From an uncultured Clostridia bacterium (GTDB lineage Bacteria > Bacillota > Clostridia > Christensenellales > UBA3700): a DNA stretch of 64,000 nt. The notes beneath the pieces are model-generated. The model was given only the letters and a program-made list of their open reading frames with translations, was not told the DNA's origin and searched no databases. Below, in pieces: positions 28,333 through 37,054 of the stretch (position 1 is the first letter of the stretch; each line of letters opens with the position of its first letter). The stretch spans positions 43,198 through 107,197 of the forward strand of contig CAMOIC010000001.1 in the NCBI GenBank assembly GCA_946615965.1, written 5' to 3'. Both the position numbers and the translations under genes were made by a program.

Positions 28333-28370
28333 TGTCTATTGTTTCCTTCAATTAATTATTCTCGATACTA

Positions 28371-28399
28371 ATATTAAAGAAATAAAAGAAAAATAGCAA
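28371..28399 (-). promoter_or_regulatory. possible promoter for rluB
   Basis: The minus strand reads TTGCTA (28399-28394), a 17-nt spacer, then TAATAT (28376-28371). Confidence 0.4.
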
Positions 28400-28840
28400 C
28401 TAAATAAGAACTCCTAAATATATGATAATGCTAATTTAGAATTCTATTTTTATACATAATCAATACAATTAACCTACTTTTCATAACTATCATTCTTGCT
28501 ATCTTTTACAAGTTATGCTGATTCTCATAATTAAACTCAGATCAAATCAATGTAAGCCAAATATTTTCTATAATATAAATACTCATTATTTGGCTATGTT
28601 TCAAATATATTTATGAATATTGACTTAATTTAAAATTCTTTAAGAAATATAATGGCTATTTGATATAAAATACAGGAGAATCTTGTAATATTAAATTCTA
28701 CACATTGAATTCATAATTTAAAGATGAACAATCAGAAATATGAATTGAAAAGATTCGCAATCTAAGCTCAAATTTTGTAATTAAACTTTAAAATGACAGT
28801 TTTATATTTATACACAATATACATAAATATTCATTTATTG

Positions 28841-28880
28841 TTTAATAAAAATAAGTGGCCAGCAATTACGCTAACCACTT
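28841..28880 (-). terminator. rho-independent terminator after scpB
   Basis: The minus strand reads AAGTGGTTAGC-GTAATT-GCTGGCCACTT (stem with two G-U pairs) followed by ATTTTTATT. Confidence 0.75.
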
Positions 28881-28902
28881 AAATAATCTGATCTTTATTG
28901 TT

Positions 28903-29703
28903 CTAGAAAGGCATCTCGTCGCTATCGTCTTCTTCATTAGATTCTTCCTCAACATCTCTGTCTTCAAGTTCTCCAACTTCGTCATCATCGCCTGAATACT
29001 CTTCAATATTATCATCCTTTAGGAACTCTGGATCTTCATCATCAAATGCACCAAATTCGTCTTCAAACTCAGCTTCTTGTTGTAATTGATAATCTGTCTT
29101 TTCTTCTATATCATCACTTAGATCCATTCCGTCTTCCCTATATAAGCCTTCTCTTTGTGCATTGAAGTTTCCAAGTTCAATCATTCTTTGTTTAACTTCT
29201 TCGATACCTGGCAAGTCAGATAAATCTCTTAAGTCGAACTTCTTTAAGAATCCATCTGTTGTTGAATATAACATTGGACGTCCTGGAGTTTGTGCGTAGC
29301 CAGAAACATAGATTAAATCGGCCTTTTGAAGCATTGATAGCGCGTAATCCGCATCACCACCGCCTCTATATTCCTCTATTGTAGACTTCTTTATTGGTTG
29401 GAAATAAGCAATAATAGAAAGAACTTCCATCAAACTCTTAGTAAGCTCTTTTTCTTTAACTGGTTGCAAAATAACAGAAACAATATCGCCATATTTATCA
29501 TTTGAGCAGAATTGAAGCTTATCTTCAAATTGTTGTAATAAAATACCGCTATCTCCGCTATATTTTTGTGCAAGCTTATCTACAGCATCATTTAAATTCT
29601 TTCTAGAAACATCATCTGGCAATTTTTCCATGATTTCTTTTCTACTGATTGGCACACCAGCAGCGAATAAAATTGCTTCAACTGTTTGTACTAAGTTTTC
29701 CAT
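28903..29703 (-). CDS. scpB: segregation and condensation protein B with a long acidic C-terminal tail
   Basis: 266 aa. The N-terminus VEAILFAAGVPISRKEI is typical of ScpB. TAATG overlap with scpA. The last 75 aa or so are D/E-rich. Confidence 0.88.
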   Translation of the reverse strand: MENLVQTVEAILFAAGVPISRKEIMEKLPDDVSRKNLNDAVDKLAQKYSGDSGILLQQFEDKLQFCSNDKYGDIVSVILQPVKEKELTKSLMEVLSIIAYFQPIKKSTIEEYRGGGDADYALSMLQKADLIYVSGYAQTPGRPMLYSTTDGFLKKFDLRDLSDLPGIEEVKQRMIELGNFNAQREGLYREDGMDLSDDIEEKTDYQLQQEAEFEDEFGAFDDEDPEFLKDDNIEEYSGDDDEVGELEDRDVEEESNEEDDSDEMPF

Positions 29704-30548
29704 TACTTATTTTCCTCTTTATTATCTTCTTTATTTAAACCTTCTTGATCATCAGCAGCAAGTAATTCTAAATTTACACCTTCAACGTCAAATTCTGGGT
29801 TAAATTCGATTTGAATCTCTTTTCCTTCTTGTTCAGTTAATAAAACTTGCTTTGATACAAGTCTCAAAATAGCCTGAAATGCCGATATAACCTGACTCTT
29901 GTCTGGATGATCTTCAAATAATGAATAGAAACCTACCTTCTTTTTCTCATAAACAAGCTTAGTTACTCTTAAAGCTTCTTCTGAGACTGGATATCTATCT
30001 TTCGGAATAGATTTAATACCATCTGCAATCTTCTTTTCTTCTTGACGCATAGCAACTACACCAAAGGCATCTAACAATGCATCTAGATTAAATTTATCTA
30101 TAACGATAATTGCATCAGCATCAGTAAACTTAGGTTTTCTATTAATTCTATATATTTTTTCTCTAGATTTTAGATTAATTACATTGTCTTGAACAATCTT
30201 ATAAATCTCCAATCTTCTTCTTAACTCGCTTTCGTCAGTGTCTTCTTCCTCTTCCTCAATCTCTTCTGTTTGAGCTCTAGCTAATGCTGCAGCTTTTAAC
30301 TTTAATAAAACAGTACCAATCTTGATAAAATCTGAAGCCACATCCATATCAATTCTGTCTAATTGAGACAAATACACAACGAACTGATTTGTTACTAAAT
30401 GTAATGGGAATGTTGAAATACTGTATTTCTCACCATATTCTTCATTGGAAACGATTAATTGATACAAAGTATCAATAGGACCATTAAAGTCCTCAATATT
30501 AAGACTTACGACATCAGATGGATGATATTCAAAAATCTTATCTGCCAT
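29703..30548 (-). CDS. scpA: segregation and condensation protein A (kleisin)
   Basis: Start moved to ATG 30548 (MADKIFEYHP...), which forms a TAATG overlap with the upstream M50 gene. The track start is a TTG. FNGPIDTLYQLI is typical of ScpA. Confidence 0.85.
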   Translation of the reverse strand: MADKIFEYHPSDVVSLNIEDFNGPIDTLYQLIVSNEEYGEKYSISTFPLHLVTNQFVVYLSQLDRIDMDVASDFIKIGTVLLKLKAAALARAQTEEIEEEEEDTDESELRRRLEIYKIVQDNVINLKSREKIYRINRKPKFTDADAIIVIDKFNLDALLDAFGVVAMRQEEKKIADGIKSIPKDRYPVSEEALRVTKLVYEKKKVGFYSLFEDHPDKSQVISAFQAILRLVSKQVLLTEQEGKEIQIEFNPEFDVEGVNLELLAADDQEGLNKEDNKEENK

Positions 30549-31261
30549 TAAATCGTTACCCCTAAAATTCCGCCCCAAATAATATTAAATACTTTAATAG
30601 ATATATCGTTTACCATTCCAAACAATGTAGGTAATCCCATTTGAGACATCAAATAAGATAATGCGATAAAACCTAATAAAACAAAATTTCCATATCTATA
30701 CATAAATACAACGTATTTATTGTCTGGCAAAGCAAGAGTCTCTACTATTCTAAAGCCATCAAGCGGATAAAGTGGAAGTAGATTAAAAACAGCAAGAAGA
30801 ATATTTACTTGCATTGAGAAATAGAAAAGATAATAGAAGAAATTAAAAGCATACACCTTTGCTTGGCTATCTGTTGTTTTTCCACCGACTGCATATACAA
30901 GTATTGCTAAAGCAATAGAAGCAATAAACGCATATATAAAGTTAACAGTAACACCTGCTAAAGATGTTGTAATCATGCCCTTTTTAAAATCTCTAAAATT
31001 TCTAGAATCAATAGGAACTGGCTTTGCAAATCCAAAACCAACAAGAAGCATCATTAGAGTTCCTATAGGAGTTAAATGTTTAAATGGGTTTAATGATAAT
31101 CTACCATTAATCTTTGCTGTAGGATCACCATTCCAGTACGCAACATAACCATGCGCTAATTCATGGCTAACAATAGCTACCAAAATAACTACAACATACG
31201 CAAAAAATACTAGAATTGATAATGGAGTAAAACCATTATATCTAAAAAAACTTGTAATCAT
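30548..31261 (-). CDS. site-2 protease family (M50) membrane metalloprotease
   Basis: 237 aa. HELAHG zinc motif within a TM and the second motif NLLPLYPLDG. Confidence 0.85.
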   Translation of the reverse strand: MITSFFRYNGFTPLSILVFFAYVVVILVAIVSHELAHGYVAYWNGDPTAKINGRLSLNPFKHLTPIGTLMMLLVGFGFAKPVPIDSRNFRDFKKGMITTSLAGVTVNFIYAFIASIALAILVYAVGGKTTDSQAKVYAFNFFYYLFYFSMQVNILLAVFNLLPLYPLDGFRIVETLALPDNKYVVFMYRYGNFVLLGFIALSYLMSQMGLPTLFGMVNDISIKVFNIIWGGILGVTI

Positions 31262-31313
31262 TAATTCTTATAGTCCTTTACATGTATTAAAACCCTAATA
31301 ATACACCTGCATA

Positions 31314-31343
31314 ATTGTAGCAAAATAAAGGAGTTATAGTCAA
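31314..31343 (-). promoter_or_regulatory. possible promoter for M50-scpA-scpB
   Basis: The minus strand reads TTGACT (31343-31338), an 18-nt spacer, then TACAAT (31319-31314), just after the stop of the preceding gene. Confidence 0.45.
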
Positions 31344-31345
31344 TA

Positions 31346-31861
31346 TTATATAAATAAATTGCGCGTATATAGCGCGTAAAGAGCGCCAAATACAATTAGT
31401 ATCATAATAGCAATTTTAAACACTCCTAAAGCTATAATTCCTAGGTTTGTGTTTGCTTTAATCTTGGATAATACAATAGATACAATTCCCGTCCCAACAC
31501 CAACAGAAAGAATAATAATAGCTTCTAACAATTGAATATTTCCTTTTGAAATAAAGTTCGAAAAATCTATATAAATACTTAGAATCAACAATAATAGTCC
31601 AACTAAAAGAACAAGGATATTTATAGATTTTTGAAAAACATAATTATGCCTTTCTTTTTTATTTTCATCTTCCTTTGTTGAGGTAGTAGATACTAAAATC
31701 TCGGCATCTTCTTGACTGTTTTGCGTAATAAGCTGACTTTGTGGAATTTCATGTATATCTAATTTTGTTTTATTCGCACAATTCAAACACTTAAATATTC
31801 CCAGGCTTCTATCCTCTATTTCTAGTTGACCTCCACATATAGGACACCTTAATTCTTCCAT
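31346..31861 (-). CDS. hypothetical protein: N-terminal zinc ribbon plus C-terminal 3-TM domain
   Basis: 171 aa. CPICGG-x15-CLNC ribbon, a polar linker, then three hydrophobic helices. The start overlaps the upstream stop (TAATG), with SD AGGGAG upstream. Confidence 0.7.
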   Translation of the reverse strand: MEELRCPICGGQLEIEDRSLGIFKCLNCANKTKLDIHEIPQSQLITQNSQEDAEILVSTTSTKEDENKKERHNYVFQKSINILVLLVGLLLLILSIYIDFSNFISKGNIQLLEAIIILSVGVGTGIVSIVLSKIKANTNLGIIALGVFKIAIMILIVFGALYALYTRNLFI

Positions 31862-32433
31862 TATCTAATCTCCCTAGAATCCTCACTATCTGCATTATCT
31901 GGCATATTCTTTAGTTCAAATAAAGCCATTAGTTCATCTTCATCAACGTCCGTTATTCCATAAATCTTCATATTTTCATCAAACATGGATTTAACCGTAA
32001 CGTAAGTATCGTCCGCATTCGTTAACACATCCTCATGTTTTGTTTTTGTATCCAATGCGTCATTTAAAAACAAAGCCAATTCTTTTTGATCTTCTAAACA
32101 CAATGAAAATTTTAATGAAGAAATATTCTTTACTAATTGTTTATCTTCCAGCACATCCTTTAATCTATTAGCCATCTTTATGTTATATAAAACATAAAGC
32201 CCCTGTTTAATTTGACGGCTTCTTTGCTCACTTAAATTCGTAATCTTCTTAACTATAAAGATTTTCTCAAGCTTATCTGAAAAGCTTTGTCCTTCCTCTA
32301 TTAGAGCTTTAATAGCCGTAGATAGCTGCATAATTTTATTCTCTATAGATGTTTCTTCTCGCTCTAACATACAAATAGCATCTACTATTTCATTCTTTGT
32401 GACTGTTTTTAATGGCTTTCTTCTAAAACACAT
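31861..32433 (-). CDS. hypothetical all-helical protein (candidate ESCRT-III/PspA-superfamily-like; unverified)
   Basis: 190 aa. N-terminus MCFRRK, basic N-terminal half, acidic C-terminal half, terminal TDVDEDELMALFEL helix. SD AAGGAG upstream. Starts 1 nt after the upstream stop. Confidence 0.65.
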   Translation of the reverse strand: MCFRRKPLKTVTKNEIVDAICMLEREETSIENKIMQLSTAIKALIEEGQSFSDKLEKIFIVKKITNLSEQRSRQIKQGLYVLYNIKMANRLKDVLEDKQLVKNISSLKFSLCLEDQKELALFLNDALDTKTKHEDVLTNADDTYVTVKSMFDENMKIYGITDVDEDELMALFELKNMPDNADSEDSREIR

Positions 32434-32434
32434 A

Positions 32435-32773
32435 CTATTTAAGCTCCTTTGCCTCTCTTTCTTTGATTAATATTCGAATTTCCTTAAACATTGATTTAAC
32501 AATATCCTCGTCAGGATCTTTTTTATTATTCAAAACAAGCCTAATTTCCCCGATTTTATCTCGAATTTTATCGTCAATCTGACATACCTGTTTATTACTT
32601 CTTGGAGAAATATACAAAAGCTCATCTTGAATAGCTTCTATTTCTTTTTCATATTTTGAATCTGAATCCAGTTCTTTAATAATGTCCATTTCTTGCGAAG
32701 CAAGTAAGATATTTTTCCTATCTTCATATAAATTTGCATTAACCTCTTTTTCTATTTTCTTTTTAAAACACAT
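32435..32773 (-). CDS. hypothetical small helical protein
   Basis: 112 aa. N-terminus MCFKKK, highly charged, no TM. SD AAGAGG lies inside the end of the SPFH gene. Starts 2 nt after that gene's stop. Confidence 0.65.
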   Translation of the reverse strand: MCFKKKIEKEVNANLYEDRKNILLASQEMDIIKELDSDSKYEKEIEAIQDELLYISPRSNKQVCQIDDKIRDKIGEIRLVLNNKKDPDEDIVKSMFKEIRILIKEREAKELK

Positions 32774-32775
32774 AA

Positions 32776-33783
32776 CTAACCTCTTAATTTAACTCCACAG
32801 TTCTTACAGAATAAATCATCTTTTGTAACCAATTTCCCACAATTTGGGCATTTTACTTTCACTTTTTGTATCTCAGTTCCACACACCGGACAGAATTTAG
32901 CAGTTTCTGAGATTTTAACGCCACAATTAGGACATTCTTTTGTTGAATCATTCTTTTTCCCTGTTGGCCATCCTACAATTCTGCATACTTCAAGATATTT
33001 ATCGTAGTCTTCCCTTTCTAGGCGTTTTAAATCCATTTCCCTAGCAAACTTCTTATCGTCCATACGCTCTGCGTATTCTCTAGACTCTTGTTGTATAATC
33101 GCACTTGCTTTTTCTGATCTTGCTTTATTAATCTTTGCAATATCATCACTAGATATAATTATTCTAGAAATTGTGAATGAGAATATTTTTAAACCATAAT
33201 CATACTCAAACATCTTTGAAATATGAGGAAGAATTTCATTACCAACAGGCAATAAAACTTCACATAACCTATCATATGATAGATTCTTTTGCTGCATTAT
33301 AGTAGCAATCTGATATTGAACTTCTGCAAGTAGTCTTCCTTGAATTCTATTTTTTAAATCATCTAAATCAAAATCGTTATTTGTTCCAATAAGCTCAAGA
33401 TATGCTTTTCTTGGATTACAAATTTGTATCTCAAGTTCTCCTGAAGCTCCAAGTTTGATTGAAGTACCAGTTACAGGATCTCTCATGTCATACTGATCTT
33501 TTGTACCCCAAAGCAAATTTAATTTAGCGGTTTTGGAAACATAAATAACTTCTATTGTTTGAGCTGAATCTATTAAATTAGCAAAAATACCCGATTTATT
33601 ATCAAAAATCTTATATCGGCCACTAGATAAAGTATCTAATGCTATACCATCTTTAATAACTATTGCATTATGTGTATCAGGAACAATTATTGTTGTACTC
33701 GGTTCGAACTTCTTATAATCGACAACAATCTTTTTGAAAAGAACATCATTCTTCTCTGAATAAGTGATAAGTTTTTTAGCCAT
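32776..33783 (-). CDS. SPFH/band-7 domain protein of the YdjI/COG4260 type with two C-terminal zinc ribbons
   Basis: The core block EVIYVSKTAKLNLLWGTKDQYDMRDPVTGTSIKLGASGELEIQICNPRKAYLELIGT matches my recollection of the COG4260 SPFH family. C-terminal CPNCG-x11-CPVCG and CPNCG-x11-CKNCG. Start placed at ATG 33783 (MAKKLI), which is preceded by GAGG. Confidence 0.7.
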   Translation of the reverse strand: MAKKLITYSEKNDVLFKKIVVDYKKFEPSTTIIVPDTHNAIVIKDGIALDTLSSGRYKIFDNKSGIFANLIDSAQTIEVIYVSKTAKLNLLWGTKDQYDMRDPVTGTSIKLGASGELEIQICNPRKAYLELIGTNNDFDLDDLKNRIQGRLLAEVQYQIATIMQQKNLSYDRLCEVLLPVGNEILPHISKMFEYDYGLKIFSFTISRIIISSDDIAKINKARSEKASAIIQQESREYAERMDDKKFAREMDLKRLEREDYDKYLEVCRIVGWPTGKKNDSTKECPNCGVKISETAKFCPVCGTEIQKVKVKCPNCGKLVTKDDLFCKNCGVKLRG

Positions 33784-33876
33784 ACAAATACCTCGCATAT
33801 AGTAATGCGGCTTCTTCGTACCTATTTAGTTCTCCCTATGAAAATGTTTTTAAAAGATAAATGTTTATCACAAATA

Positions 33877-33905
33877 AATATATATAATACCTTACTCAAT
33901 GTCAA
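33877..33905 (-). promoter_or_regulatory. sigma-A-like promoter for the SPFH cassette
   Basis: The minus strand reads TTGACA (33905-33900), a 17-nt spacer, then TATATT (33882-33877), about 95 nt upstream of the start. Confidence 0.5.
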
Positions 33906-34248
33906 TTATGACATACATTATAAGATGATGTATATATTGCAAATTTAACCATTTTATTAATGATTAGCAAAAATCATGCACTCATTACAGTTTTATTAAC
34001 ATAAGAAATATATTGGCTATATCCATATCAGTATTTCTGAGATAAAACGTGTTAGTATTATAAATATCACGTTATTTTAAAAATATTATAGAATGTTTAT
34101 TTCTATTTACTTTATTATACTAAATTATCAGTCAATTTATTTCTATAACATAAAATAGCAGACATTTTTGGCAAACAATCCATTTATAGCTAAAAATGAA
34201 AATATAAAATCATCGTTTTTATCCATATTGAATTTTAGTAAAAATTTG

Positions 34249-34287
34249 CAAAAAAAAAAAATAGACTACCAATTACTTGATAGTCTA
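34249..34287 (-). terminator. strong rho-independent terminator after rny
   Basis: Stem TAGACTA (34262-34268) pairs with TAGTCTA (34281-34287). On the minus strand it is followed by a run of about 12 T. Confidence 0.85.
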
Positions 34288-34312
34288 AATTTTCTTTGTT
34301 TAGATTATGCAA

Positions 34313-35923
34313 TTATTTTGCATATTCAGTTTGACGAACTTCTCTAATTACACTAACTTTGATTTGGCCTGGATAATCTAATTCATTTTCAATCTTCTTA
34401 GCAATATCCTTTGCTAGGAATATTGTAGCCTTATCATCAACCTTATCTGGCTTAACCATAACTCTGATTTCTCTACCAGCTTGGATTGCGAATGATTGCT
34501 CTACACCATCAAATGAATTAGCAACACCCTCTAGTTTCTCAAGTCTCTTTACATAGTTTTCAATTGATTCACGTCTAGCACCAGGTCTTGCAGAAGAAAT
34601 AGCATCTGCAGCTTGTACAAGAACTGCTTCAACTGTTTCTGGTTCAACATCTCCATGGTGAGCTTCAATACAATGAACTACTGCTCTAGATTCTTTAAAC
34701 TTCTTAGCGATATCTACACCGATTTGTACGTGAGTACCTTCTAATTCATGGTCAACAGCCTTACCAATATCGTGTAATAGACCTGCTCTCTTAGCGATTT
34801 TAACATCTGCACCTAATTCAGCAGCCATAACACCGGCTAAATAACTAACTTCTAGGGAGTGCTCTAGAACGTTTTGACCAAAACTTGTACGGTACTTTAA
34901 TCTACCTAAAATCTTAACGATTTCTGGATGTAGACCATATACATTAGCATCAAAAGCTGCATTTTCACCAGCTTCTTTTACTTGGCTTTCAATTTCTTTC
35001 TTTACTTTTTCTACTGTTTCTTCAATCTTAGCTGGATGAATTCTACCATCAGCAACTAATCTTTCAATTGTAATCTTAGCGATTTCTCTACGCATTGGAT
35101 CAAATCCTGAAACTGTTACTGCATCTGGAGTATCATCAATAATTAAATCGACACCAGTTGCGTTTTCAATAGATTTAATATTTCTACCAACACGACCAAT
35201 CAAACGACCTTTCATTTCTTCGTTTGGAAGATTTACAGTGGATACAGTTGATTCTGAAGTATGCTCAGGCGCACACTTTTGAATCGCAAGTCCAATAATT
35301 TTTCTCGCTTCTTTGTTTGCCTCATCTTTTGCTTTTTGCTCAATTTCCTTAACTTCAGCGGCAGCATCAACCCTTGCTTCTTCTAGCATTTGGTTCATAA
35401 GTGTCTCTTTAGCTTCTTCTTGAGTCAATTTAGCAACTCTTTCGAGTTCTGCAAGCATCTTGCCGTGAGCATCCTTGATTTCTAATTCTAAGGCTTCTAT
35501 TTTGCTTTCTCTTGCGTCTAGGGCGATCTTTCTTTCATCTAGAAGATCACTCTTGTGATCTAGAGAAACTTCTCTACGGTTTAATTGTTCGTCTCTTTGA
35601 TTAACACGTTGTTCATTACGTGCGACTTCTGCTCTTTTTGCACTGATATCTTTATCTGCTTCTGAACGAAGTCTTTGACTTTCTTCTTTTGCTTCAACTT
35701 TAGCATCCCTTAGGTAATCTTTGGCTTCTTTTTGAGCCTCAGAGCGTAATTTATCACATTCTTCTTTTACGCTACCAACGTTTTTACGAGCATAGTATCT
35801 ATATATTAAATAACCTGCTACCAACCCAGCTAATAATGCTAGAATAGCGGCTAATATAATTCCAGTTACAGCACCACCGTCAGCGCTAAGGATAATACTA
35901 AAGCAACTTGCGTTACTTTCCAT
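34313..35923 (-). CDS. rny: ribonuclease Y
   Basis: 536 aa. N-terminal TM, coiled-coil region, KH domain ([13 protein letters not shown]), HD domain ([12 protein letters not shown]). SD GGAGG upstream. Confidence 0.93.
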   Translation of the reverse strand: MESNASCFSIILSADGGAVTGIILAAILALLAGLVAGYLIYRYYARKNVGSVKEECDKLRSEAQKEAKDYLRDAKVEAKEESQRLRSEADKDISAKRAEVARNEQRVNQRDEQLNRREVSLDHKSDLLDERKIALDARESKIEALELEIKDAHGKMLAELERVAKLTQEEAKETLMNQMLEEARVDAAAEVKEIEQKAKDEANKEARKIIGLAIQKCAPEHTSESTVSTVNLPNEEMKGRLIGRVGRNIKSIENATGVDLIIDDTPDAVTVSGFDPMRREIAKITIERLVADGRIHPAKIEETVEKVKKEIESQVKEAGENAAFDANVYGLHPEIVKILGRLKYRTSFGQNVLEHSLEVSYLAGVMAAELGADVKIAKRAGLLHDIGKAVDHELEGTHVQIGVDIAKKFKESRAVVHCIEAHHGDVEPETVEAVLVQAADAISSARPGARRESIENYVKRLEKLEGVANSFDGVEQSFAIQAGREIRVMVKPDKVDDKATIFLAKDIAKKIENELDYPGQIKVSVIREVRQTEYAK

Positions 35924-35957
35924 TTATTACCTCCTATACACATGTCAAGTTTCAATT

Positions 35958-35992
35958 TTATATAAATAAAGTGGGCGTTACAAACACCCACT
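35958..35992 (-). terminator. probable terminator after recA
   Basis: Stem AAGTGGG (35969-35975) pairs with CCCACTT (35986-35992). On the minus strand it is followed by TATTTATATAAAATT. The U-tract is weak. Confidence 0.5.
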
Positions 35993-36027
35993 TATTATTT
36001 TATATTATAATAAGGCTCAAGTCAATA

Positions 36028-37044
36028 TTAGTCCTGAGATTCTAAGGCCACTTTTTCCATAATCTTAGCTACAATTTCTTGCGCTACTTCTGGATTATCT
36101 GCGATGTATTGAACAGCCTTATCTCTGCCTTGTGCAATCTTCTCATCATTATAGCTGATCCATGATCCACTCTTTTGCATAATACCCATAGAAATAGCCA
36201 TATCTACGATGCTTCCTTCTTGGCTAATACCCTTTCCGTAGATGATATCAAATTCTGCTGTTTTGAATGGAGGAGCTACCTTATTCTTAACAATCTTTGC
36301 TCTTGTTCTATTACCTACAAATTCAGCACCATCTTTAAGAGCATCACCTTTTCTAACATCAACTCTTACGGAAGCATAGAATTTTAATGCCTTACCACCT
36401 GGTGTTGTTTCAGGGTTACCGAACATAACGCCAACCTTTTCTCTTAATTGGTTGATAAAGATAACACAAGTGTTAGCTTTAGATATTACACTTGTAACTC
36501 TTCTTAAACCTTGGCTCATTAATCTTGCTTGAAGACCAATAACAGATTGTCCAACTTCACCTTCGATTTCAGCTTTTGGTGTTAAAGCCGCTACAGAGTC
36601 TACAACAATCAAATCTACTGAGTTTGATCTAACTAATGTATCTAAGTTATCTAGGGCTTGTTCGCCGCTATCTGGCTGTATAACGTATAGATTATCAATA
36701 TCTACACCTAAATTCTTGGCATAAACAGCATCAAGAGCATGTTCTGCATCAATAAACACAACTGTACCGCCTTGCTTTTGACATGATGCAATTGCATGTA
36801 ATGCAAGAGTAGTTTTACCTGAAGATTCAGGTCCATAGATTTCTATAATTCTACCCTTTGGCCATCCTCCTACTCCTAGCGCTATATCTAATGGTAAACA
36901 TTGAGATGGAATAACATCCATTTGTTGTACCTTTTTCTCTCCTAATCTAACAATAGTTCCCTTTCCGTAGCCCTTTTCGATTTTAGCAATAGCTTCATCG
37001 ATCATAGCACTCTTTTCTGTAACTACTTCTTCTTTCTTTGCCAT
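36028..37044 (-). CDS. recA: recombinase RecA
   Basis: 338 aa. Walker [10 protein letters not shown]. Canonical RecA sequence throughout. Confidence 0.97.
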   Translation of the reverse strand: MAKKEEVVTEKSAMIDEAIAKIEKGYGKGTIVRLGEKKVQQMDVIPSQCLPLDIALGVGGWPKGRIIEIYGPESSGKTTLALHAIASCQKQGGTVVFIDAEHALDAVYAKNLGVDIDNLYVIQPDSGEQALDNLDTLVRSNSVDLIVVDSVAALTPKAEIEGEVGQSVIGLQARLMSQGLRRVTSVISKANTCVIFINQLREKVGVMFGNPETTPGGKALKFYASVRVDVRKGDALKDGAEFVGNRTRAKIVKNKVAPPFKTAEFDIIYGKGISQEGSIVDMAISMGIMQKSGSWISYNDEKIAQGRDKAVQYIADNPEVAQEIVAKIMEKVALESQD

Positions 37045-37054
37045 TTTTTACCTC

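Noticed and set aside
28516-28617. 33-aa plus-strand sORF (MLILIIKLRSNQCKPNIFYNINTHYLAMFQIYL) and other ORFs of 30 aa or fewer in the 28400-28840 spacer.
   Set aside because: They have no SD, no promoter-like elements at a sensible distance, and a composition consistent with random AT-rich sequence.
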